Assembly: GCA_040954595.2 (NCBI GenBank)
Contig: CM082588.2
Location: 5,778,202-5,842,201 of the forward strand
DNA: 64,000 bases
Source of the DNA: Balanoglossus misakiensis
Taxonomy: Eukaryota; Animalia; Hemichordata
Reading direction: 5' to 3'
The position numbers were made by a program, and so were the translations under genes. The notes beneath the pieces are model-generated. The model ran no database searches, was not told where the DNA came from, and was given only the letters and a program-made list of their open reading frames with translations. Shown one piece after another: positions 10,370 to 41,008 of this stretch. The first letter of the stretch is position 1; each line of letters opens with the position of its first letter.

Positions 10370-12215
10370 TATCACGGTGCGGATCGAATCTGAAAAGAGA
10401 TGTTGAACAACGCTAAGTTTGATAGGATTTTGAATGATACGCATCGTTGAAAAAATGTCCCTCTTTGTATTCTGACGGTACCTCCACGTCCGTTCACGCG
10501 AGCCACACCTTCCCCACTCGGTATAACGCAAGGGAAAAGATCTGGCCGATTTCGAAACTGAATAATCCTTTGGTGAGTAAAAAAATATGATGGACTCAAC
10601 TTCAAGAAATGAAGCAGTAATTTTGGCTGGAAAAGAAAAAGGGAGAAAACAACTTGTCCTGAAACAAAAATAAGTAGCGATGTGCATACTCACGACTGTT
10701 TATCAACGAAATTTGAAACTAGTATCCTCGATAGTTCAGACGAGACTTCTGTACCAGAACAGATAAAATGGGTTCTATTTATTCTACATTCTCACATTGG
10801 AAGAAAACGTAGTGTATGCAAAACAGATAGATATCTTTTATATAGTAATCGCATGGTAACTATTTTTGTACAAAACAGGTCAGTCAATCATTCTAATTTG
10901 AGGGTTGGTAGGCTGATCTCTATCTCTGCCCTCTGTCTGTCTGTCTGTCTCCCTCCCTATTTCCCCATCTCTCTCCCCCACCTCTCTCTCTCTCTCTCCC
11001 TCCCCCTCTCTCTCTATGTATTTATGTATCTGTTAACACAGTGGCCCTTATGTGCAGGGAAATCACAGAAAATGTTGTACTTTCGAAGTTGTATTTTTAG
11101 ACAAATTTCAACGCATGCAGGTGGCGCAAAGATAAACAGATTGTATCGTTAGAACACTGTTTACTTTACCAAAAAAGCTCTTTTCCCTACCTGCATGCGT
11201 AACAATATTCTAAATTTTAGACTACATTTTACATCGTATGATGCACAATACGTGATGTACATTTTAAATCTGTACATTTTTAATATTCTGCACTCTAAAT
11301 AACCAACTAGACATGCAAAAAGTAGTCATCAATTAAAAGTTGACGTTTGCATCAGGTTCGCGCTGCCCTAATGGGTTTTGCTATATCAATCTCATTAGGT
11401 CGACAGAATTTTTATTTTAAGAAGGCAGATTACACATACATACCACGTCCTCGAGCGACGCATTTTCCAGTCTATCGTCGGACATACATCGAACATACGC
11501 TTCATCAAGTCACTTTGCTGAACATTCACAGATCATTTTTTTAAACCAGAAATTCTGAAATAACTAGTAGTTCAGGGTCACTTGCCTGCAAAGTACATGT
11601 ATACTCAATAGTATACAAAATGTGGTGTTTATATAAAGAAATAATTTAGACGTCAAGTGACATGTAAATAACGGTGTTATTTAGTTATTTAAAAATTTAA
11701 CATTTCAAAATTAATGTTTCCGAGTCTTTCCGGTACCATTCCAAAAAGTAAAGAATCAATTATGGACTTGTATTTACATTTAATTGATATATAGTTGTGT
11801 TTTAACGAAATTTCCAGGTAAAATAAACGATATTTACGAAATGCCTATGGGGCGTGTTTACATGGCGCCACCTAAGGGTTTGAGGCACGCTCGTGCTCAG
11901 TTGGATCCCATGTGTTGCTATGACGATCGCGCCCACGTCCTCGGAGAGACTGGCTCATGTATCAACCCAAATACGAATGCGCTAAACGGACCCTATGATA
12001 GCATCATGTTTGCGCGGTGTAGCAAAACGGTCTCCCGCAGTTCAGAAATTTAAGCAAACACAGGAAGTTGCAAGCACCTACTGAGAAAACTGACAAAACA
12101 CTGGCGATATGTAGGGTTTAAATAACGCTACGCTAACACTACAGTTAACTCCATTTCAGAGTATACATCGGCAATTGTTGATTCAGAAGTCTGGTGCAGT
12201 AATACGACTGGAGAA

Positions 12216-14466
<2,251 letters not shown>

Positions 14467-15710
14467 GAAGAATCTGCCAATGCACCAGGAAAAGTCTGAA
14501 ACCATATTTTATCAATATGATCAATTAATCAATATTAATCACTAAACCAGTATACTGTATTTCGCTATAATGTCTATAATGTAACGGCAGTGTATGGAAG
14601 GGTTGTGTAATAAACAATGGAATTTGGCCTTGTTTAATACACATACCTAGTTATCAAGAATAACATTACGCGCTGCAACCTTCATTTAGTTAGATGATAC
14701 TTTTAATGTCAAAACCCACTTTTTAATCACACAGTGGTATCCTTTCTGCTATATTGTGAGGCGATGCCCCGGTTTAGATAAATAAACCGACGCATGAAAC
14801 TTGGAGGTAAAATCGTGGAACACCAATTAAACTTGTCATTCATCTAATCTTATATGCTATCATTGATTTGCATGAATATTTGACGTGTAGCACCGCAAAT
14901 TATACCTGCATGTTCAATAAAAGAGAAATGCATCGAAAAAAAAGTTGAGTCGAGTGTTTCATTTGTCCCTCTCCTGTTTTGAATTGGTACTCGTCACATA
15001 TGCGGACTTGCACACGACAAACAAGGACCAAACAACGCTACATGGGCAGGAAGGTTGCACTACGCCATCAACGATGGCGGGTTCCATTATAGTTCACAAT
15101 ATTTTGCAGTTTTCGATCTCAGTTTGCCAAAGGGCTAGACTTCTTGTAAACTATCAGATTTTCAGAGAGCGCTGCTTCATGACGTGATCAGAAACTCGTC
15201 GACTTACAACGCCATTACTTCTAGTCGACACCTCCAAGAATATAAAGCTTCAAGATTTTATCAGCAAGATCTTTCTGTTACATCAGCCCAATTTCACCGG
15301 TTGCTTGCTGAATAACCGGCGCGTCTGTCGATCAAAGTGACTAACGTGCAACAACAAATGCGATGCTTTATAAGAACCGGATATAAGAAATCTTATAAAA
15401 AATCTAAATATACAAAACCATAAATAAGCGAGTGGGTATATATAGTATATATTCTAATTATACCACCGCCTGACTCAAGGGCTTCAGTAATATAATAGAA
15501 GAAACCAAACGGTATAAAATGCTCGAATGAATATGTATGGCATTGCCTATAGTACACTACCGGCAATAACAAGACCACACATTATGTGTACACTGTTATC
15601 TTGAACCCTCGCGGTAACAAGAAGTCATTTTTCTGCCAAATTTAGATCATGGAAACAAATGTGTTATTTTGGCATCTATGAATTCTTCATATATACCACT
15701 TCATGGTTGG

Positions 15711-15713
<3 letters not shown>

Positions 15714-15795
<82 letters not shown>
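15714..15795. repeat. (CT)n microsatellite
   Basis: Directly visible. Confidence 0.97.
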
Positions 15796-15797
<2 letters not shown>

Positions 15798-16220
15798 ATA
15801 CACTAAAATACCCTGTACTTCAGAACAATGTCCATTGATACGATCACATTTTATTATACATCAGTTACCAGATACATGTATCATACAAAGATCTCACTGT
15901 CACAGTTACACACACATGCATAGGGTACTGTCCACAACACTTTCAACAAAACTGCTAAATTCTGAATTACATGACAAGCACATTGTAATTGTAGATCAGG
16001 TATTTACTCGTTTATTCTATCACCGCCTATATGTCTTAGTGTTATCATTATTGACATAAGCCATGATTACCGGCTAAACATTGGTTCAATTCAGGATGAT
16101 TGGTGAAATGGGGAATAAGCGTTTTGGTCTAGCGTAAAATTCGAGCAGGACAGTTGAGCCGGGAGCAAACAAGAACTATGCCGGGGATGTCTTCGCAATG
16201 TGCCGGTGAGATCAACTGTT

Positions 16221-17159
16221 TTATATCGCTTCCACTGTGGTTGTAGATTCTCTCCAAGGCATGGCTATCCTGCGATATGCTTGTCGTACCTGCCTGTTCA
16301 TCAGTCCGAACAAGACGGGGTTGACTGTACTCGAAATCCAGAACAGCGTCGTACAGGTCATGTACGCCTCTTGAGGGAACGAGCCGTCCAAATCTAGCAG
16401 GTTCAACATAGCGTAGGGCGTGTAGCACACTAGGAAAGACACAAAGATAAGTCCGCAGACTTTCGACAGATGCACTTCAGCCGAGCGGTCTGAGTCAGTC
16501 TCGCTCCCGTGTTGGTCGTCACCACCTGGAGGCTGGGCCGCCAGCTGCTGATTGGAATGCACTCGCTGCCTGGACTTCCTGACGGCGAGGCAGATGCGCA
16601 GGTAAGCCAGCGTGGTACACAAGCACGGGATCCCGAAGCCGCCGATGACCATGGAGTTGAACAGGGCCGGGTTCTCGTTCTTCATCAAGACGCAGCGCGA
16701 GTACTGCGGCGAGAAGGCGGCGGAGGCCCAGTGCGAGACGGCCGTTGTGAGCGGCATCACCGCCGGCACGGCCCAGGATATGGCGATCATGCAGAACACG
16801 CTGGTTCGGTTGCGCGGCATCTCCTTGGCCGGGTAGACGACGGAGAAGTAGCGGAACATGGAGATGGCGGTCAGGTGGAACAGCGACACCCCGATGAGAA
16901 TGAAGGACAGGTTGGCTGTTACCTCGCAGTACTTCTTGTGGTACGGCCAGTCGTTGGTGATGTACGACACGACGAAGAACGGCACCACGGCTACAAGAAA
17001 CAGAAGATCGCTGACGCAGAGGCTAACCTGGAGAGCGTTCGACCGCGTTCTCAGATGCTTGAACGCGAGCACTGAAACTATCATCAGCAGGTTTCCAGCG
17101 TAGCCGACCGCCATGATGCAAATGGCCAGAGCAGCCAGCGTACTTCCCAGCACGGTCAT
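16221..17159 (-). CDS. Orphan rhodopsin-class (class A) GPCR, melatonin-receptor/Moody-like; N-terminus uncertain
   Basis: Seven hydrophobic segments in one ORF. GN (TM1), LCVSDLL (TM2), ECL1 WP..YC, FRY in place of DRY, SWAVP (TM4), CYTPY (TM6), NPVLFG (TM7). Coordinates assume the in-frame Met of MTVLGS. Confidence 0.88.
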   Translation of the reverse strand: MTVLGSTLAALAICIMAVGYAGNLLMIVSVLAFKHLRTRSNALQVSLCVSDLLFLVAVVPFFVVSYITNDWPYHKKYCEVTANLSFILIGVSLFHLTAISMFRYFSVVYPAKEMPRNRTSVFCMIAISWAVPAVMPLTTAVSHWASAAFSPQYSRCVLMKNENPALFNSMVIGGFGIPCLCTTLAYLRICLAVRKSRQRVHSNQQLAAQPPGGDDQHGSETDSDRSAEVHLSKVCGLIFVSFLVCYTPYAMLNLLDLDGSFPQEAYMTCTTLFWISSTVNPVLFGLMNRQVRQAYRRIAMPWRESTTTVEAI

Positions 17160-20000
17160 GACTTGTGTCAGACAGGGACAGTCACACTCGACTAAGAAAT
17201 ATTTACTGGGCTCCCGTTGGAAAACTGAAAGCAATCTTTGTCGCTCCTACAGGTACATGTACAAGCCGGTATAAACTGGAACCCTCGATATAAATATATG
17301 CGTGCCACCTGGGAGATGTTGAGCAGAGTTTCCATGGTAAGCGAAGACCTACCAATAACAGAATTTCACTTGGGAGACCACAGGAAAAACAATGCACCTC
17401 TATACATGGTCATTAGAAATCTTGTAAGTAATCCCTTTAATCATTTATGATTTAAATCAGAGGGAATTGTATTCATTTGGTGATGAACAACATTAGCGTT
17501 ATATAGCAAGGTCATTAGTTGAAAATCGCCTCATGGGTCGTTGCCTTATATCAACAGGACAAAATAACTATAGTGTATTTTTTTTTTACTCGGCCGTTAA
17601 AATACGAGAAACTTTCAAAAATGTTATTTATTTGTGTTCTGATGTTAAAAACGAGAAATCCCATGGTGGCACTTCTTTTGTTTCCATTTTTCGGTTTCTC
17701 ATCGCCCAACCTCGTCATTTAAGGGAGATTAGCTGTAACTTTATTTTCAGTTATTTTGTTCTGTATATCAAATGCAAATTCTTGTTCTCCAAATACAGGG
17801 ATACCTAAGAAATTGTAGTTCAGAGAAAGAAATCGGTCGTCTTGCTCCCCAACCCGGTAGTTCAGAACTATTTTCCCGTCATTCGGAACCCCAAATCTAT
17901 AGTTCAGAACTCAGGTCCCGTAATTCACACCCCGAAACGGGCGTACAGAAAGTGGTTTCATGAAATTTCCACCATTGCGGGCGCAAACAAGATGGCCGAA
18001 CACAGTGGAAAGATCGGCGATGGTGAGTATTTTAAAATAGCAATATAAGTTACCCAGTACCTCGCTTGTCAACAAAGCATGTGTGCGTGCAACGACCATT
18101 GATTTCGTTGTGAAATGAATTCTAGTCCGGACTTGAATTCAAATTTTGCACAATAACAATGCTGACTATACACACAGGTGCTGTTGATCATAAGGTAAAT
18201 ACTGGGCATTTCATCCCGTTTCAGGGATTTGAACAAGAAAATGCAGCAGACGCACAAAACAAAATTTTTATAACATAGTGAACAGTTCCAGGAAATGGAA
18301 CTTTAAATACATTAATTGAAAATGTGAAATTAATGTGAACACTTTGCTGCTCAACAGGGTCATAAAAATATTTTGGGCATAAATAACAAAATGCGGGCTT
18401 AATAAACATGCAAATTAGAATGTGACAATATTCATATCAGGTGGCATATCTGTTAACACTTGCCAAACCAAACCAGAGAATATAGTTGCAATGGTCATAG
18501 GTTTCATTTTTCAAGGACTTGATTTGAATGTTAGAGATCATGTTGCAAGGGCTGTTTGGTAAACTCCGCTTATTAGTGGTTCGTATGGAAACACAAACAC
18601 ATTTCATGCTATTTGACGGTCTTTGCGATGAAATGCTATAATTGATTAATTCGTCAGCTGTGAGCACCAATGGATGGTGTTAGTAATTACAATAATCTTG
18701 ACCTTCATAACAGAGTATACTTGAAGGGTGATGTGTCGTCGCATGAAATGATCAAACCAGGCAAAGTTTATGTTCCTCTCCTCGGACACCCGCATAATTT
18801 CCAAGCCCCCTCTACCACCCTAAAATACCAGCTGGTTCGTCCATCCTCCCCCCCCCCCCCCCCACCACCACATTTTGTGAACTCAGTCCTATTACAGAGT
18901 ATGGAACTTTGATATTATCAGTCTGTTTACAGTAACACATACTGAAAACACAGAAAAAGTAAACAGTATACATTGTCTTCTTCACCCTAAAATATTTTCG
19001 CTAATTCATGAAGCCTGTACAGGCATAACACAGAGACGACATAATGGTCATGTACGTGACGTCATCGCAGTCATATTTCAGCGAGTAACTGAACATTTCA
19101 GCCCGCCCTTAAATTTCCCCAGGCATTGCAACAAGAAACACCAGAAAAATACATATTCCCTGAGTGTTACTGAAACGTGGCATAGCTGTATATAGTCAGA
19201 AACCGAATCGTGACGTGAATGGGAAAAGTTAGCTGCTAAACGGGTTCAATAACTTCACTGTGCCATTTTCATACTGCGACATAATTGTAAAAAATATTTT
19301 TGGCAATAATAACAAAATGCGGGTGTAATAAACATGAAAGTTGTAAGTAAAAAAGCCGTGTGTCATTTATTTTTTTACAACAGGCAATTAATATACAGGG
19401 CATTCGAACACACTTCAATATACATAAATAGATGCTGAAAACACTGAAAATGTTATCAGTATAAATTACCGCTTTAACTCGTGCAAATATTTATTCTGTA
19501 TATTTACACAGTTATGTCTTGCAATAGTATGCTTTATTTATGTGAATAAAGCGTATTTACAATAATTTTTGAAAAATGCCTATAAAATGATTTGAAAAAC
19601 GCATAATTCTTACTAAGTTAGGATTTTGCAGCTGTTTCAGACTTCAGTGGTAGTCTCAAATAACATGACGACATTGTCCGGACAATGTTATATTTATGTA
19701 AAACAAATTAAAATCGTGTTCTGAGTAAAAAGCTAAACGATAGACAAGGTACTGATAAAAAGTTATCCATACGTTTTAGCTTGCAAGACCATTAGTTTGT
19801 AATTTCAAAAGTCATAAAAAGTGTTTGTTAAATATTCTAATTCAAATTAATGTGAACATCGTTTATGAGAGAAATTCTGACATTGATTGATTAACAGTGG
19901 GTGTGTTCTTTTCTATTAGTATGCAAATCTTTCAAAATGAACCCAAGACCAAATTAGAAATTTTATCCGGAGTAACTTGCAACGTGTCCAAATTTTTTTC

Positions 20001-20009
20001 TATATAAAG
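20001..20009 (+). promoter_or_regulatory. TATA box of propeller gene A
   Basis: tatataaag about 45 bp upstream of ATG 20047. Confidence 0.55.
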
Positions 20010-20046
20010 CCGAGGGAGTACACGACTCAGGCAGATGCTGAGAAAG

Positions 20047-28233
<8,187 letters not shown>

Positions 28234-28430
28234 GATCACCGCTCTTAGAGTGATTGGATCAATGATAAATACCACGAATTTTCAGGTTTGGTGACGGTAT
28301 AGCTAAAAACTTGAAATGACATGTAGTTTGTCATTTGTAGCTGAAAAGTGTAGTAGTGAATAAAAAAGCACAGCATAAATATGGTCTACATGTGCACTGT
28401 TATATGTTATACAAGTCGGCCATCACAAGC

Positions 28431-28972
28431 TCTGATCACCCAGAAACATCTAAAATGTCAATTTCCACGGAGGAGATCACTCCGTTTGTCAAACCCCAGT
28501 TGGCTGTAGTAACGGCGGTGAGTGAATGGGCGTGGGCCTCAATATGACAACTGTTCGTCGTGATGTGTGTTGTTTGTGTTTGTTGTTATTATGAAAGTTT
28601 GAAAAAAACAGATCAGACACAAATGCTGGTTGTATGCATGGCAAACTGCCTATCCACATTCTGATCACTCAGAAACATTTAAAATGTCAATTTCCACGAA
28701 GGAGAACACTCCGTTTGTCAAATCCCAGTTGGCTGTAGTAACGGCGGTGAGTGAATAGGCGTGGGCCTCAATATGACAACTGTTCGTCGTGATGTGTGTT
28801 GTTTGTGTTTGTTGTTATTCTGAAAGTTTGAAAAAACAGATCGGACACAAATGCTGGTTGTATGCATGGCAAACTGCCTATCCACATTCTGATCACTCAG
28901 AAACATTTAAAATGTCAATTTCCACGGAGGACAGCACACCGTTTGAAAAAACAGATCAAACACAAATGCTGG
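28431..28972. repeat. Tandem direct repeat, ~229-bp unit, about 2.3 copies, upstream of gene B
   Basis: tctgatcac(c/t)cagaaacat...aatttccacg recurs at about 28431, 28660 and 28888 with near identity. Confidence 0.93.
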
Positions 28973-29096
28973 CAGTCGACTTGATGATTCAAGAAATCCA
29001 AATGTCAGAGCAAAACTGCGTGGCCGTATCAAATGCCTAATAAATAGGACCGCGTCAAAGAGTTCCTCATTTCAGTCCGACACACACTGGAGGGCG

Positions 29097-35443
<6,347 letters not shown>

Positions 35444-37874
35444 TATCGCTGCTTTCAGACGACCTAGCTCGATGACATATATCATGCATGCATTATCCAG
35501 TTTGGTGGTGGTGGTGTAAGATGACATAGATCGATGGTAAATTTCATGCATGCTTTTTTCCCCAAATACATGTAAGTGAACTTATTGATTATATCTATCA
35601 AATAAACGATTTGAGCATGGCAAAATACAGCGTCCAATTCTCTGGCTGATGTTTTTTTTTTATAGTTATAGGGAGTTTTAAGGCAGCTTAGAATATATTC
35701 GTGAAAGTTCTAAACACATTTATTGTGCGCGCGTGTGTGCGTGCGTGTGTGTGCATATGTTGTGTCTTGGCATATTTGGCGACCTGTCGCATTAAGGGAA
35801 TTACTGTACCAACTGGTAAGGGTACTATTCTCACAAAGCTCACTGGACGTGATCAAAAAGTTCATTTCAGTCGACTGCCAATTTGTATATGTCTATTAAA
35901 CGTTTACATAAGTGGGTTTGACTGACAGTAGTTCCCCCTGTTCAAAAATGAGCTGCCCATCAAAAGCTGGGTGAAAGTTCAGGGCCAGTCTCACGCCCGG
36001 GGGTGCGCGTACTCATATAGAAAAGAAAGCCAACTTGTACCGTCCGACCGTGTGTGTCACTCAGTGTGTGTTGCCATAGAAATGCAGCAGTGTGCAGGGG
36101 GATTTGGGTGTCGAAGTGGGTTTGGTTGTGGCCATATTTGGTATGTCTGCATGGATACACGCAAAATCTGGTCGGCAGAACCGTACACGACAGACCGGTC
36201 GATCTACTTGAGCAACCCCCGGGATTTTCAACTCACTTTGCCCATTGCAGACTGGTCGGTCTAGGTGAGTGATGTTCTTTTCTCGCGCTAATACCCTTTC
36301 AGTATACAGGTGCCGAATGTATTAGGGGGGGAGGTATGCGTACAAATGCATGAAAATGGCGGTTGCTTTACGATCCTAATTCGATGTAGTCTTTAGTGCG
36401 CGTGAACCTTTAGATGACCTATATTAGTACAGACATATGAAGTTTCCTGCAGAATGCTAACTTAGGTGGAACTTGCGGCCTTGGTTGTTGTTTTTTTTCA
36501 TCATAGCGTGACCGACGGACGCCGCGGTGTGGCACAAAGAACACACTCGCATTAATTCAAAAGCTACAACGTGTTCACACCGCATGGGGCTAACGGTTGT
36601 TTATGAAGGCTACAACATTTAGTGTTTACAGTCTGACAGCGGAATTTTCGACCCAGTCATTTCAATGCATAATCTCTCGCAAACACGTTCACGTACAGGT
36701 TGTTGTTGTTTACTTTGGAGGGGTTGAATAATTTGAATCAAAAGGCGAAAGTGAGAACTAGTGGCACGAGGTAAGGTCCTTTATTTATAAGTGTAAGTGC
36801 AGCCGACTAAAACCGTAGATGCTAAACACATACATGCACTTCTTTGACCTTCGGCCCATAAATTGATCTAAAAAACATGCGCACGCAAAGACGTTTATGG
36901 TATTTCTTATAGTATTCCATTTGCGCGTACACCAGATATCGATGGTGTTCCTTCTTCAAAGTTTGTAAAGTTTTCAGGAGACAGAAACGCCTCCCGATTC
37001 GTTGCTTGAGTCCACTTTCGAAGATAGTATCTAGCATTCGAGCACACGTCTCCAAAGTGTGGATTCAACGCACTGAAGCTAGGGGGAGGGGTTGCTATGG
37101 TTTCCAAGGTCGGATTCGCTGTCCGGGGTTCGCTGTTGCGAGGTCATGTGCGTGATTTCGTAGATTGGTTATCCAATCAATACACGTGCACTGTCTACAA
37201 CGCGTGTATGAACATGTCAGGATCATGGATTACCCAAGTCCCTGTTTCGCTGACGGCAGATGGTAATCTGGCTATCATGCAAATTGCTGTGAGGTCGTAG
37301 CACTCCCGCGCATCCATGCCAGCTGTGTGTTGTCGCGAGTAAGGGGTAACAGTGTGATCAAACAAAACATAGAGTTACAAATAGCCTGCGTGATTCAACC
37401 AAACTTTTCTTCACAAATCAGGATCGTATTGCACCACAACCTGCTGGCTGACTGATGTCTTGGTATCACTCTATTTAAAGCAACAGTAAATCCAACTTTG
37501 GGGCTATCTTCTCACTAAGTTTGTTTTGAGCATGAATTGTGGTTTCTTGTTCTTCTCCTTAAAACATCAAGAATTGCTGAGTATTTGGTTGTCGAACACA
37601 ACCTTTTGTAGTAATCAGCATTGTTATCGTTAAAGTTGTTTTTTCCCTATCCATGCTGTTTTATTATGGTCATTTGTGTGCTTCTCCACATAGTTGTTTA
37701 ATATTCAGAAAATTGACTGTGCGTGCATTGTTTACAGTGTGACCTCGGGTAAATGACAATTTATCTTATATCATTTAGGTAACCTTCGATCGTCTATTGT
37801 GTCTCCTCAATCACGCCATCTTCATCACATAGTGCCCTGGATTTTATCAGCAGTGACAAGTTCAAACAGGAATC

Positions 37875-40435
37875 ATGTCGGGAAAAGTGAAAGGTCAGAA
37901 CAAAGGTCACACACAAGTTGCACTAAACTATAGTTTCGCGTGGACTTTATTGATTTTTTTTCTGAAAGTTTTGTTTCAGTTTTTAATGTCTCTTTGTTTA
38001 ATAATAGTTTGACTATCAGATTGGTACTATGTCAAATAATATGCAAATAATGCGCGCCGTCCTTGAAGTTGAAGCGGCCAGAACGTCCATCGATTGCACT
38101 GTAGTGACTATTTCTTCAGCGAGACGAAATTTTCAGCATGAAAATATCAAAAACTGACATTCTTTGCTAACCCTTTTTAGGATTGATGCAACGCCTGAAG
38201 GATGGCGAGTCGGTTATAATGGCAGAGGGGTACTTGTTTCATTTTGAAAGACTTGGATATCTGCAGTGTGGCCCGTTTGTGCCGGTCGTTGTCTTGGAAC
38301 ATCCTGACTTGGTGAGAAATGCCTACAAAGATTTCGTTCACAACGGAAGTGACGTAGTACTGGCTTTTACCGTAAGTGTTCGAATTATTGGACTATTTCC
38401 TTTGGGTGGTGCGCAATGCATCGTGGAAGTGGTGAAGGAGTGACGTAGAACTTATACGTTACCTAGATACGTATCTTGAGTTTCTTTTCTTCCAGTACTA
38501 CGCGACTCGCGAGAAAACCCGCCTCATCGGCGAGGAGGACAATTTGGAGAAAATCAACCGGGACGCACTTAGGATGGCCCGGGAGGTAGCAGACGAAACA
38601 GGCACCTTGATGGCCGGTAACATCTGCAATACAAATATATACCAACCCGATAATGAAGCAAGACACCGAGAAATTAAGGGAATGTTCAAGGTGTGTTTTC
38701 AGTGAAGAACTTGTTTCGTAATAATACAAGTTTCTTAATTTTGATAACGCTTCTTCGCCTTCTGAATATTGGATCTCAAAAACATATGATTGGGAGTTCA
38801 CGCTAAGACTCTCGAGTTCGGTACCGCAAAATGTGATGGTACTGGAATGAAATTCACAGAAAATGCTTTCAAGCTTGTTGATTTAAATGTAAATTTATAT
38901 GACCGAGAAATTTGCGGTTAAACGTGTTGTCACGAAAGCTAACTCAGCTCAACTCTGTTGTATTTTTACTTAGGAAATGATTGAGTGGGCTGTAGATGGT
39001 GGAGCCGATTTCATTCTGGCGGAAACCTTCGCACACTTTGGTGAAGCAATGCTGGCTCTGGAAGCAATCCGAGAATACGGAAAGGGTACGGACCAGATTC
39101 CGACTACTCACAGTCCCCGTGGCGATAAATACCTCCTTAGCCTACCTGTCGTGTCCCCGAGTAAAACAAAAACGTTCACAACTTATTCGCCGCACTTCCA
39201 TTATGACGCCTAACTGACCTGTACATCCTGGTATATTTTGATGTTATGAGTTCAAAGTACCATTTCGGTAATATTGTCACCATAATGTTCGGAAAATCAC
39301 ATTTGGGTACGTTTCGTCCGTCCTAAGTTTATGTTATTTATCTAGGTTTGCCGGCAGTCATATTACTGGCGCCGTTTATCGTGGCAACTATGAACGACCA
39401 GGCAATCACGGCTGATATGGTGCCTTTGACCGAGGCTTGCAGGAAGCTGGAAGAAGCTGGCGCCGACGTGGTGGGCTTGAATTGTGGCCGGGGACCAGCC
39501 ACCATCATGCCGTTGATGCGTGAAATCAAGAAGGTCTGCAAAGTAGGTGAACGTATTCTTTCAGGGTTCACATTTATTCGTAGTTGATACTGTTTGGACA
39601 GGCCTTTATTCGAAACTCCAACTTTCTTCCATCACATCTTCAAACATTATCTTTAAGATTTATTCTTAATTAAAGACACACCATGGACCGGCACGTCTAA
39701 TCATTCAAACCCACAATGGTCGTCAACACAATCCACGGTCACTCCACACACAAAGTGACGTGATCAGACTTGGCCAGATCTTCCTTCATATCGGCTTCCG
39801 TGTTGCATTTTGAAATATGTGAGCATTCACACAATTTGTATGTCGGTTTATTTCCAGGGCCCACTGGCGGTTGTACCTGTGCCATATCGTACCACACCAG
39901 AACAGCCAACCTTTTTCATGTTAACAGATCCAGTTACAGGTGTAGTATATTTTCACCATGTTTGTCAGTCAACATTTGTCAGGGTGTTCCAAACTATCTT
40001 GACAATTTGTTGTGGGCCTTGAAGCTGCCGTCACCTTCGTGAATTTAAGTGCGGTTGATGCTTTGATTCTCTCAAAAGAACCAGTCATTTCGAACATCAA
40101 TATAGGCGTAAATCTAACATTGTATGTAATTATCCCACCTAGGAAAGAAACTTTTCCCGGCGGAAACCGACGTCCTGGCATGTTCCCGTGACGACATTTC
40201 GGAATTCGGCAAAGAGTGCGTGGACCTGGGCATCCAGTTGGTGGGAGTGTGCTGTGGCAATCGTCCCTACCACACGCGCAGCTTGGCGGAGTCTCTCGGG
40301 CGGTCGCCCCCGGCCAGTCGCTTCTCGCCGGACATGTCCAAGCACTACGTCTACGGGACCGACTCCAAAGTGAAGAAAGACGTGGCCGATGAGAGCATGA
40401 AGCTTTATCACACTCTTGGCAACGTGGTCCAATAG
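37875..40435 (+). CDS. BHMT: Betaine-homocysteine S-methyltransferase-like (homocysteine S-methyltransferase family)
   Basis: Exons 37875-37893, 38181-38371, 38496-38690, 38974-39085, 39346-39542, 39858-39939, 40143-40435 with consistent phases. Motifs [53 protein letters not shown] and GVCCG..PYH (Zn-ligand Cys). A likely non-coding first exon ends at 36770. Confidence 0.92.
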
Positions 40436-41008
40436 AGCAGCTACCACTGAAGCTGTGTCATCGCCGTGACTACCGAGTGATTTTAGTAGTCCAAGAACCG
40501 ATCATATAATAAAACACTGAAGAACTGTGTCTGGTGAACATTTTACTATTTCGTTAAGAACGTGAATAATTTCCATAGTTAGTTTGTGGCTAATGATAAT
40601 CTCAATTCACTCTCTTGGAACTCTTATTTACGTTGGCAAATCCATATAATATCCAACGAGGGAATGCGTTGACATGCAATAAGGGATATGAAAAATTTCA
40701 TGTTATTTCAGAAAATATCTTTATTTTCTATCATTTAAAGATATGGTTATAAATTGAATAAATTGGCTGATTTTGACCGAAGGTTTTAATAGAGCATGAG
40801 GAGCCACTGGATTTTCAGAAAATGATAGTCCTCTATTTCCGGAATAGCTTGTCTATCCAAATATATGTGTTGTCTGGTCTCGTTTTATCGGGAAAGATAG
40901 CATCATCTTTTTCCAAGGTAACATTTCTTGGAATTAAACTCCGCTGATCAACGCGACCACCAGATGTTCGAGTATGCAGTCGATCACTGATGAACAGGTG
41001 TATTTTCG

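Noticed and set aside
16509-17075. 188-aa plus-strand ORF, and likewise 22090-22563 and 30268-30741 on the minus strand
   Set aside because: Antisense shadows of GC-rich real exons.
28431-28972. Repeat array considered as CRISPR-like
   Set aside because: Whole 229-bp units are duplicated with no unique spacers; eukaryotic context and no cas genes.
35971-36272. Overlapping ORFs ending at a gtgagt donor upstream of BHMT
   Set aside because: No consistent coding frame or downstream exon; at most a non-coding or decayed exon.
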